Assembly (NCBI RefSeq): GCF_004010195.1
Contig: NC_057718.1
Span: 71,209,790 to 71,273,789, forward strand
Length of the DNA: 64,000 nt
Source of the DNA: Chiloscyllium plagiosum
Taxonomy: Eukaryota
Reading direction: 5' to 3'
The notes beneath the pieces were generated by a model, which made no database searches, was not told the origin of the DNA, and saw only the letters and a program-made list of their open reading frames with translations. The position numbers and the translations under genes are program-made. Positions 13,901-25,200 of the stretch are shown here, piece by piece (the stretch's first letter is position 1; every line of letters starts with the position of its first letter).

Positions 13901-14620
13901 GTCATCTTCTGATCTCAACATCTGGGTATAATTTGTAAAAGAAAACCAGAAAAAAAACGAATGACAGTGTGTGCCCAAAAGCGGTGCGTCAACGCTTCTT
14001 GCAATGCCTGTGGCGGAAGAGACACAGCTACCGACATATGAGTCACTGAGTATACTTGTTTCTCGCTGAGAAGGGCCCAGAAATGCCGAGAATTGACGTA
14101 TAAAATAGTCTGTGGTTGCTTTTGAAATTATATGTTTTGGACGAGTTTACTTGTCGCACTCTGAAAAAGACAATTTGGGTGAAGACGAGTTAACTCATCT
14201 TTGCCGGGTAAGGGGTTAAATTCTCCCTAGCAGCTCTAGCACATCTCCCCACTAGTATATATTACACCCCTTCCAATTCAGGTGCCATCTGTGCTTCTTT
14301 TACAGGTCACTGCTACCCTAGAAGAGATTCCAACGATCCAAAAATGGGAATCATTCTCCCCTGCACTAGCTCCTCAGCCATGCATTCATCTGCTGTCTTC
14401 CTATTCCTAACCCTAACTTCAACCTCGTGGCACCTGGAATAATCCAGATTTTACAATGCTCGAGGATCTCCTTTTGAAATTCTTGCCTAATTTCCTACAT
14501 CTTCTCATAGCCATAGAGTCAAACCTTGTCCTTTTCCCTTCCTATCTTATTTGTTTCAACGTGCACAATGACCTCCTGTGCTTCCTCTCCCTTTTGAGAA
14601 TATTGTGCATCCTCTCAGGG
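10925..14620 (-). mobile_element. CR1 LINE ORF2 remnant with insertions (LTR-like insert at about 12290-12810; piggyBac MITE)
   Basis: SGVPQGSVLGPL, YMDFSKALDKVPH, GNYRPVSLT, ELLNKYFASVFT. Confidence 0.9.
13732..14215 (-). mobile_element. piggyBac-derived non-autonomous element (484 bp)
   Basis: TTAA at 13728-13731 and 14216-14219; TIRs CCCCTTCCCTGG and CCCCTTACCCGG; subterminal palindrome AGACGAGTTAACTCATCT; an uninterrupted equivalent site is present in the CR1 copy at about 42075-42110. Confidence 0.85.
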
Positions 14621-14624
14621 ACAT

Positions 14625-16760
14625 AGCCATAGAGATGTACAGCATGGAAACAGACCCTTCGGTCCAACCTGTCCATGCCGATCAGATATCCCAACCCAAT
14701 CTAGTCCCACCTGCCAGCACCCGGCCCATATCCCTCCAAACCCTTCCTATTCATATACCCATCCAAATGCCTCTTAAATGTTGCAATTGCAAACCTCCAC
14801 CACATCCTCTGGCAGCTCATTCCATACACGTACTACCCAGTGTGAAAACGTTGCCCCTCAGGTCTCTTTTATATCTTTCCCTCTCACCCTAAACCTATGC
14901 TCTCTACTTCTGGACTCCCCGATCCCAGGGAAAAGACTTTGTCTATTCATCCTATCCATGCCCCTCATAATTTTATAAACCTCTATAAGGTCACCCCTCA
15001 GCTTCCGACGCTCCAGGGAAAACAGCCCCAGCCTGTTCAGCCTCTCCATATAGCTCAAATCCTCCAACCCTGGCAACATCCTTGTAAATCTCTTCTGAAC
15101 CCTTTCAAGTTTCACAACATCTTTCCGATAGGAAGGAGACTAGAACTGCATACAGTATTCCAACAGTGGCCTAACCAATGTCCTGTACAGCCACAACATG
15201 ACCTCCCAACTCTTGTACTCAATACTCTGACCAATAAAGGAAAGCATACCAAACGCCTGTCTGCGACTCCACTTTGAAGGAGCTATGAACCTGCACTCCA
15301 AGGTCTCTTTGGTCAGCAACACTCCCTAGGACCTTACCATTAAGTGTATAAGTCCTGCTAAGATTTGCTTTCTCAAAATGCAGCACGTCGCATTTAACGG
15401 AATTAAACTCCATCTGCAACTTCTGCCATTGGCCCATCTCGTCCAAATCCTGTTGTAATCTGAGGTAACTCGCTTCGCTGTCCACTACACCTCCAATTTC
15501 GGTGTCATCTGCAAACTTACTAACTGTACTTCTTATGCTCGCATCCAAATCATTTATGTAAATGACAAAACGTAGAGGACCCAGCATCGATCCTTGTGGC
15601 ACACCACTGGTCACAGGCCTCCAGTCTGAAAAACAACCCTCCACCACCACCACCCTCTGTCTTCTATCTTTGAGCCAGTTCTGTATCCAAATGGCTAGTT
15701 CTCCCTGTATTTCNNNNNNNNNNNNNNNNNNNNNNNNNNNNNNNNNNNNNNNNNNNNNNNNNNNNNNNNNNNNNNNNNNNNNNNNNNNNNNNNNNNNNNN
15801 NNNNNNNNNNNNNNNNNNNNNNNNNNNNNNNNNNTGATACAAATATCTCAGCAAGAGGCCCAGCAATCACTTCACTAGCTTCCCACAGAGTTCTCAGGTA
15901 CACCTGATCAGGTCCTGGGGAGTTATCCACCTTTAACCGTTTCAAGACATCCAGCACTTCCTCCTCTGTAATCTGGACATTTTGCAAGATGTCACCATCT
16001 ATTTCCCTACAATCTATATCTTCCACAGTAAATACTGATGCAAAATATTCATTTAGTATCTCCCCCATTTTCTGTGACTCCACACAAAGGCCGCATTGCT
16101 GATCTTTGAGGGGCCCCTATTCTCTCCCTAGTTACCCTTTTTTCCTTAATATATTTGTAAAAACCCTTTGGATTCTCCTTAATTCTATTTGCCAAAGCTA
16201 TCTCATGTCCCCTTTTTGCCCTCCTGATTTCCCTCTGATCATGACACCAAGAAGGCAACACACCATTCTGATTTCTCACTGTCTGCCACAGAAATGTTTA
16301 TCTGTGCCTCTGACTATAGAATCCATCACAATTGACTGCTTAGAATCTGACGTACCTGTTACATTGGAGCCAGTCTCGGTACCAGCAACCTGGCTGTCAA
16401 TGCTACATTCGGAGAGTCCATCACCCCCTACATTTTCTAAAACAGCATACTTGTTGGGAATGGAGATAGCCACAGGATAATCCTGCACGAAATGTCAATC
16501 TCTCCTACCTTTCCTGGAGGTAACCAATGTCTCTGACTGTATCTGTATCTGTATCTGGAGTTTTTCTCTCTTGCGAGAATTTCCATCTGTCACACCCCTC
16601 AGCTTCTGTAAATTCCTCATTGCCCCTAACTGCCATTCAACCAATCCAATAGGATTCGCAACCAAACACACTTACTGCAGACATAATCATCAGTAACATG
16701 GAAACCCACATGTTCCACATCCATGAGGAAGAGCACATCACTCTACTAAAGGCCATCTAA
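14625..16760 (-). mobile_element. Young CR1 LINE ORF2 3' half plus adjacent CR1 ORF1 (esterase) fragment; contains assembly gap 15714-15834
   Basis: SKFADDTEIGG, SGVPQGSMLGP, LEYCMQF; ORF1 fragment NKYAVLENVGG...DSIVRGTD. Confidence 0.9.
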
Positions 16761-17389
16761 CATATTGAATAAACGAATAAAAACGAGAAGAGAGAAGAGG
16801 TACAGGACAGAAGGTGTTGCATCTGAATGCGCACATATAAAAAAAAAAGAAATTAAATAAATAGCAACAAACAAAGTAGGGTCAGATGATGTAGAATCTG
16901 TGTGGCTAGAATTGAGTACCAACAAAGGTTAAAAAAAAAATGGGAGTTATCTACAGGCCTCCAAACAGTAGTCAGGATTTGGGGCATAAGATGCACCAAG
17001 AGATAGAAAAGGCATGTAAGAAAGGCAAGGTTACAGGGATCATGGGGAATTTTAATATGCAGGTGGACTAGGAAAATCAGATTGGTAGTGGATCGCAAAA
17101 CAAGGAATTTATGGAATGTCTACAAGATGGCTTTTTTGGAGCAGCTTGAGGTGGACCCCACTAGGGAACAGGAAATTCTGGATTTAGAGTTGCGCAATGA
17201 GGCAGACTTGATAAGGTTCAAGATTAGAGTGGCGCTGTAAAAGCATTGCAGGTCAGACAGCATCTGAGATGAAGGAAAACTGATATTTCGGGCAAAAGCC
17301 CTTGATCAGAACTGCAGATGATCAGCATCTGCATCATCTGTATATCATCTGACTCTACTTTGTTTGTTGCTATTGATTTTTTTTTAAGA

Positions 17390-17688
17390 GTAGATTAGAT
17401 TCCCTACAGTGTGGAAACAGGGCCTTCGGCCCAACCAGTCCACACTGACCCTCCAAAGAGTAACCCACCCAAACCCATTTCCCTCTGACTAATGCACACG
17501 ATGGGAAATTTAGCATGGCCAATTCACCTAACCTGCACATCTTTGAGACTGTGGGAGGAAACTGGAGCACCCGGAGGAAACCCACGCAGACACGGGGAGA
17601 ATGTGCAAACTCCACACAGACAGTCCCGAGGCTGGAATTGAACCTGGGACCCTGGTGCTGTGAGGCAGCAGTGCTAACCACGGAGCCA
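17390..17688 (-). mobile_element. HE1-type V-SINE
   Basis: A and B boxes, V-domain, TCTAA tail. Confidence 0.9.
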
Positions 17689-18527
17689 TATTTAATTTCT
17701 TTTTTTCTTACTAACAAGGCAACCCACCCCCTCTGTCCACCTGCCAATCCTTTTGGGATGCTTATCTTTGGATATTTCACTTCCAGTCCTGATCCCAGTG
17801 CAGCCATGTCTCTGACACCCACCACATCATACCTGCCAATTGTGACGTGCGCTACAAGCTCATTTATTTTATTTTGTGTACAGTCTTACCCACTTCTGCC
17901 AGATTTGATAACTTAAGCTCTCTTAGGAGGCAGTGACTGTAACATGATAAATTGCAGAGTAAATTCTAAGAGGGAGAAGGTGGAATCAGATGTAATGGTA
18001 TTACGGTTGAATAAAGGCAACTACACAGGCATGAGTGAGCAGCTGACCAGAATTCGACTGGGAGAGGAGCCCAGCAGGAAAGATAGTGAAACAGCAATGG
18101 CTGAAGTTTCTGGGTGTAATTCTAGTGACCCAACAAAAATTCATTCGGAGGAAAAAGAAACATACTAAAAGGAGAATGAGGCAACCATGGCAAACCAGGG
18201 ACGTCAGGGACAGCATAAAAGCAAAAGTGAAAGGATATACTGTGGTGATGGGCAGTGGGAAGCCAGAGGATTGGAAAGCCTACAAAGTCCAACAGAGGAC
18301 AATGAAGAAAGAAATGAGAGAGATTAAATAGGAGGGTAAGCAAACCAGTAATATTAGGAAAGATTGCAAGAGCTTCTTTAGATATATAAAAGGTTCAAGA
18401 GAGGCAAAAGTGGACATTTGGGTCATTTGGAAAATGATGCTGGAGAAATAGTAATGGAAACAAAGAAATCGCTGAGGAACTGAATAAGTACTTTGTGTCA
18501 GTCTTCAAGGTGGAAGAAAAAGTAATA

Positions 18528-19247
18528 CAGAGGAACCTTGATTAACCAAACAAGATTTCGGTTGGATAATTGATTTCCTGTGGGGCTCAGAGTTTTCTGT
18601 GAAGTCTGCTCCCAGTTCAGGGGACTAGGCAAAAACAACACTGCACGCGAGCCCCGACCTCCCTCCCTGTCCCACCACTACCCCCCCCCATCCATCCGCC
18701 ACCAACCCCATCCACTCCCACTCACCTGCCCGCACTCAACCCCATCCAACATCATCCCTTGCCTGCCCTGAACCCTGCACCACCATCCATCCCTACCCAC
18801 CATCTAATCCCCGCCCCCACACTTGCTGCTGCCCCTCCTCCAGCCGGGGCAGCTGGACTGTACATCAACAGTAAGACTGCTGCTACCTTTGTGGGGTCAA
18901 ATTCAAATAGCGCACACACCTCTTTGACAGGTTCCACCTCTACCCTGTACAGGACAATATTGGAGACATGATCTGGGGAAAGGGAGGTTTAGGGTTCACC
19001 CCTATGTAGAACTCCAGGGGAAGTGTGGGGACAGAGAGCGAGGGCGGGTGGTCAGTCATTTCAAGAAGGTGCCTGGACTGTCCAGGACTGTTCTCAGCAG
19101 CATTTCAGCGAGCTGAGTTCATTTTTAATCATTGTACCTGTAAACAAAAGACGCGATCAGGGTTGAAACAGCTCAACGCAATGTTTCTCTTGGGATCTTG
19201 CGATCCCCTCCTGATAATCCAATATTTGGATAATTGAGGTTCCTCTG
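18528..19247. mobile_element. TcMar/Tigger-like MITE
   Basis: TIRs CAGAGGAACCTTGATTAACCAAA and CAGAGGAACCTCAATTATCCAAA (reverse complement); TA on the left, TG (probably mutated TA) on the right; interrupts CR1 ORF2. Confidence 0.75.
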
Positions 19248-19559
19248 TGTACCAAAAATTCGAGGGAGACATGGGCCAGAGAGGAGTACAGTGGCCATCA
19301 CCAAGGAGAAGGTGATAGAAAAACTGAAAAGGTCTGAAAGTGGATAAATCACCTGGACCAGCTGGGCTACACCATAGGAGTTCTGAAAGAGATAGTGGAG
19401 GCTATTGTAGTGATCCTTCAGGTACACTGGAGTCAGGAAGGATCCCAGAGGACTGGAAACTCACTAATGTAAGTCCCTTGTTTAAGAAAGGACTAAGGCA
19501 AAACACGGGAAATTATAGGCCAACTAGCCAGACCTGAGTTGTTGGTAAGATTATGTAGT

Positions 19560-19765
19560 GTGGTACTGGAAAAGCCGAGCAGGTCAGGCAGCATCCGAGG
19601 AGCAGGAGAGTCGAAATTTCGGGCATAAGCCCCGATTCCTAATGAAGGGCTTATCACCAAAATGTTGACTCTCTTGTTCCTCGGATGCCGCCTGACTGGC
19701 TGTGCTTTTCCAGCACCACACTCTCCAACTCTGTCCTCCAGCATCTGTAGTCCTCACTTTCTGCC
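19560..19765. mobile_element. Hairpin mini-element derived from Penelope pseudo-LTR
   Basis: Inverted arms around a decayed hammerhead core; 16-bp TSD GGTAAGATTATGTAGT / GGTAATATTATGCAGT. Confidence 0.75.
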
Positions 19766-21261
19766 GGTAATATTATGCAGTCCATTGTGAAGTATGAGAT
19801 TTCTGAATGCTTGGAAGTGCATGGTAAAAAATAGGGCAAAGTCAGCAGAGCTTCATCAAGGAGAAGTCATGCCTGACAAATCTGCTAGAATTCTTTGAGG
19901 TAGTAACGAGCAGTTAAGACCATGGAGAGCCAATGGGTGTCATCTATCTGGACTTCCAGGCCTTTGAAAAGGTGCCACATAGGAGGCTGCTGGGTAAGAT
20001 AAGGGGCCATGGTGTTAGAGGCAAGCTACTAGCATGGATAAAAGATTGGCTATCTGGCAGAAGGCAGAGAGTGGGGATAAAAGGGTCCTCCTCAGGATGG
20101 CAGCCAGTGACTAGTGGTGTTCAACAAGGGTCGGTGTTGGTACCACAACCTTTCACTGCATACATTAATGATCTGGTTGAAGGCACTGAGGGCATTCTGG
20201 CTAAGTTTGCAGATGATACAAAGATAGGTAGAGGGCAGGTAGCATTTAGGATGTAGGGAGGCTATAGAAAGATTCAGGCAGATTTGGAGAGTGGGCAAAG
20301 AAATGGCAGATGAAATACAATGTGGAAAGTGTTGCGTACGAAGAATAGAGGCATGGATTATTTCCTAAGTGGGGAAAAATATCAGAAATCCAAAGTGCAA
20401 AGGGACTTGGAAGTCAGAATCCAGGTTTCTCTTCAGACAAACTTGCAGATTAAGTTAGTAGTTAGGAAGGCAAACACAATGTTGTTATTCATCTTGACAG
20501 GACTGGAATATAAAAGCAGGGATGTACTTCTGAGGGTTTAAAAAGGCTCTGATCAGACCACATTTAAAGTACTGTGAGCAATATTAGGTCCCACACCTCA
20601 GGAAAGATGCACTGGCCCTGGTGTGTGTGCAGAGGAGGTTGACTAGAATGATCCCAGGAATAAAAGGCTTGACATTTGAGGGCTCTGGGACTATACTCGA
20701 TGGAGTTTAGAAGGGTGAGGGAGAATCTTACTGAAAGCTAGAGAATACTGAATGACTTGGACAGATGGACGCTGTAAAGACATTTCCATTGGCAGCCTGA
20801 GAGCAAAGGCACTTCAGAGCAGAGATGAGGAAAAATGTCTTTAGCCAGAGAGTGGTGAATCTATAAAATTCATTGCCACGGAAGGCTATGAAGGCCAGGT
20901 CACTGAGTATATTTAAAACAGAGATAGATAAGTATATTGCCAAGGGGACCAAAGGTTATAGAGAGAAAGCGAAAAAATGGGGTTGAAACACCTCTCAGCC
21001 ATGATCAAATGGCAAAGCAGATTTGACAGGCCGAAGAGCCTAATTCTGCTCCTATGTTTTATGGTCTTGTCTTTGCACCTGAACAATCGCAGATCCAGAA
21101 AATAGCATGGTCTTACTGCTCTAAAAAACACTGCTCCAGGCTAACTTGGTACCAATATTTTATATCTTTAAAATTTAATGAAGAGACAGATCTCAATAAA
21201 TCATGTATTCAAAGAAGAACCCACTCTACTCCCTATTATTGATTTTTTTAAAAACAGTAAG

Positions 21262-21700
21262 ATTATACTTAAAGACTGTCCACTTTGCTGCTCCTGTGCT
21301 GGGACCTCTCCCACACAGGTTTCTCCAAGGTCAGCTGTGAATTTCACCGTTTATTAATTTTTCTTTGATGTACTCCAAGGTCCAGAGTTACTTCAACTCA
21401 AACATCAAAGGCAGTAGCTGTGCAGAATCACTGCTGTGCCAGACAGCACAGTGTAGGTTTCTTTCTCATTTGACTCACTTCCCACGTGGTCTCTATCTTT
21501 GTGCCTCTTTCTCCTTTTTAAAGTGACGTTGTTTTGATCTTTTTTCCCCCAAAGTTCCAAAACAATGTAACAACTTATAAAACCGTAATTACTGCTCCTG
21601 AAATTCAAGGAAATCAGGTCCAACAATTAAAATCTCTTGAAAAAAAATCAACAACTCTTACAGCCACAATTTTCCCTGTCCTCCATCTTAGATTACCAAG
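21262..21700 (-). mobile_element. CR1 LINE 5' UTR fragment
   Basis: Reverse complement resembles the CR1 5' UTR at 43495-43900 (GGTAAT-AAGATGGAGGAC start). Confidence 0.7.
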
Positions 21701-22269
21701 GAATTCAATGAACTCAAATCCTGGCACGTATCCCCGCTGCTCATAGGGTCAGCTGATGTGACTACTGGACAGTCAGATCTCAGAATGAAATCTGGCTTGA
21801 TAAATTGCGTTAAATATGGTGATTATTCACTGAATCATAGACACACAAGACTGAATCTTTTCTTTAACAAAAAGATACTTATTACACTAAAGGAAAAGAA
21901 TAAAACAAATGAAGCTGAATGGAAGACAGTTTTGAAGAACTTAAAACACACAGTAAAGCAAAGTCTGAAATATTTCCCATCATTATCACTTTACAGTTAA
22001 CCAAATCCAGAAAAAATATCGTTCCATACCAAATCTTTATATCTGACTTCAATGCTTCTCCCCAGTCTGTCCTGTGAACTTTTCTAACATGAATACACAC
22101 TTAACCAAAAGTTTAGACATTCCTAGACTTCCACTAATCAGCAGATTGCTAACCAACAACAGTACAGTATTCTGAAGGAGGTGGGGGAGTAGCCAGAACC
22201 AGATTTTGGAAGAAAAATAAATTAGTTTCAGCAAGCAGACTTTAACCAATTAGGCAGGTAACTGAAAAG

Positions 22270-25200
22270 TCAGGACTTCAAAAGTTAATAATCTCCAGAT
22301 CACTCCATCTGCCATGCACAGGTGAGTACAGGAACAGAAGGATACAACAGATGAACGTGTGGTTGGAGGGATGGTGTAGGAGAGAGGGTTTTAGATTTCT
22401 GAGGTATTTTGACTATTCCTGGGGTAAGTAGGAATTGTACAAGTTGGATGTGTTACATCTGAACAGGAAAGGACCAAAAACATTATTGTTGGGAGGGTTG
22501 CCATTGCTAATGGGTGGATTGAAACTATTTTTTTGAGGTGGGGTCATCTGCTGTTGAGTAGTTCAGAGAGGAGAGAAGCTGAAATAGAACTAGAAGTTAA
22601 AATGTCAGTGAATCTGGAAGACAGAAGAAGCAAAGGCTAGAGAAGAATGAAGTTAGTTTAAAAAGACTAAATTGAACATATATTAATGCAAGGAGATGAG
22701 GAATTAGACAGACAACCTGAGGGGATAGTCGCACAGAACTATGATAATCAAAGCTATGAGACAGACTTGGTTGAAAGATTGGCAGCTCAACATTCCTGGC
22801 ACTATTAAATAAAAAAAGAAAAAAGGTGGACAGGGTTGCAATATTGATCAAAGAAAACAAAAACAATCATAGGAGTGAGGAGGGATGCTTTATTAGAAGG
22901 ATCATTTAATTAGGCCACACGGGTAGAAGTAAAAATCATAAAAGGGACAATCATGCTGTTGGGTGTGCCCTAAGACCACCAAGTTGTAAGGGAGGATGAA
23001 GTATGTAACCAAAATTCAGGGAAGTGCAAGAACAAGACAGTCAGAGTCAGGGATTTTATCTACTCCAATACTAAGTGGGATAGTTGCAAAGTGCAAGGCA
23101 GAGAGGGAGTATGTGTTAGAACCCTCATTGATTTTTCATTTTATTTCAATCAATTTTTAGTTATGAGCTGCAAAAAAATAATATACCAAACAAGCTTTGT
23201 TTGAGAGACAGGGCCTAAGAGCAAATTGCAGGCTACACCTTGATTCAAAATGTTGTAAAAGACACAGCAATCCCAGGAAGAGCCATCTGTTTAAACAGAT
23301 GGCAAAGTTGGCTGTTAATGAGTTCAGCATCTGGGAATTGGTTCAGGCAAGTCAACAAGAAACACTAGCAAATGGCAATTAACTGAATTGTAATTGAGGC
23401 CTCGGGAAGAGTTGATCAGTTTATATGTTGAATGAGAATTATAGTCGTTTTTTTTAAACTAAGTTTTCTAAAAAATGGTTCTGAGCTGCTACATGAAGAC
23501 AGCATGAAGGTTTCAAAGCTCCATGCCTAATCTTCAACCTTTTGGGCTTCTGGAAGGCCAAAGAGTAGAAAGCAGAAGTAAAAGTACTGCCTTAGCCTGG
23601 GTGACCTGAGAAGGTGACCCGAATCAATGTTTCAGAAAACAATAAAGGAGTCCACATGTTTGCCTGTAAAACAATGCATTGAGAAAACCATTCAAGTAAT
23701 CTGGCCAATTTTTAAAAAAATATTTCTTCATTTATTCCCGAACCATGTTTGTATGGTTGGCTTTTGTTAGGTCTTTGGTTTAAGACAAAAAACTGGTGCC
23801 TGGAAATTAATTATTCACAATACCTGAAATTAGCTCTCCAAAAGTCTGGTTTGGAACCACTATTTAGGGGCCTTCAATGGTTTAGTTTTACTGTAGTGCA
23901 AATACAGAAATGAAAAGACTGATTCCATTCATCTGTTTGTTTCCATGTCGTATAGAGTGCAAAGTCTTAAAATGCATCTGGGAGAGCTCTTCTGGCCTGT
24001 CCACAGAAAAACCAACAAGCAAGATTCGAAAATTAGTGCTGGCAAGTCAAAGATGTTATCAGTACAGGAGCATTTTAAAAACAGTGACCATAACACAGTT
24101 AGATATAGCACAATTATGGAAAAGGATATGGTTGGACCAAGAACAAAAGTTCTAAACTGAGGGAAAGCAAATTCTACAAAGATGAGATATGTTTGGACAC
24201 AAGCCAACTGAGAGCAGTTATTTGCAAATAAAAGTGTCAGAACAGTGGAAAGCATTCAAGGAGGAAATAGCAAGTGTACAGGGCAAATATGTTCCTGTAA
24301 AGGCAAAAATGGTAAGACCAAGACTTAAGAAACCTGAAAATGAAGGGATGTAAAAATTATGATTAAGAGAGCACAAGAAAGTTATAGGAACTAACAAGGG
24401 TTCAATACACCAGAGTCCCTAGAGAGGTATAAAAATGCAGGATGCATCAGAAAGCAAAGACTGTGCATGAGAAAGTGTCAACAGGCAGAATTAAATAAAA
24501 CCCTAAGAGGTTTTATAACAAGCAAGTCAATAACTAGGGAAAGATCAATAGTGTTCATGTAGACTCAGAAGACAATGGGCACAGTCCTCAATGAACATTT
24601 TGCATTGGTCCTCACAATGAGAAAGGATGCTGCAGGTGTCAGTAACCACTGTGGAGGAAAATTAAAACAAAATTAATCCCGGGTGATTCTCGTGGTTTTA
24701 GTATTCTTCAAAGTGGGCACATCTGCAGGCCCAGATGAGATATATCTCAAACGAAAACAGAAATTACTGGAGAAACTTAGCAAGTCTGGCACATCTCTCA
24801 AAGAAATAGAGTTAACACTGAATCCAGTAATGCCTCGAGGATTTGAATAGCAACTTCGTAGCTTTTATAGTTGAAGACTATAAAGCTTTCCAAAATGACT
24901 AAATAATCAAGGGTCAAAAGGAAGAGAGGAAATAAATTGAGTAACTATCAGTAGAGACAAGGTGTAATGGGAACAAATGGGGATAAAAGACCGATATGAC
25001 CCCTGATCTTGATGGGATGCATCCTTGGATATTAAAAGAAATAGTTACAGAGATAGTGGGTGTACTTTTGGTAATCTTGCAAGAATCTTAAATACTGGAA
25101 AATTCTCAGAGAATTGGAAAAGTGCCAATATAACACATTTATATAACAAAGGAAAGGGGATAAAAATAAACAGACAACTATACGCCGATTAGCTTAATGT

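Larger units (their letters stand above)
16800..21060 (+). mobile_element. Degraded CR1 LINE ORF2 with multiple nested insertions
   Basis: Endonuclease GNFNM and LDL motifs, SPGP, YLDFQAFEKVPH, KFADDTKIG, 3' UTR. Confidence 0.85.

Noticed and set aside
15714..15834. Long ORFs spanning N runs (also 29989-29999 and 32212-32359)
   Set aside because: These are assembly gaps inside repeats, so the ORF length is artefactual
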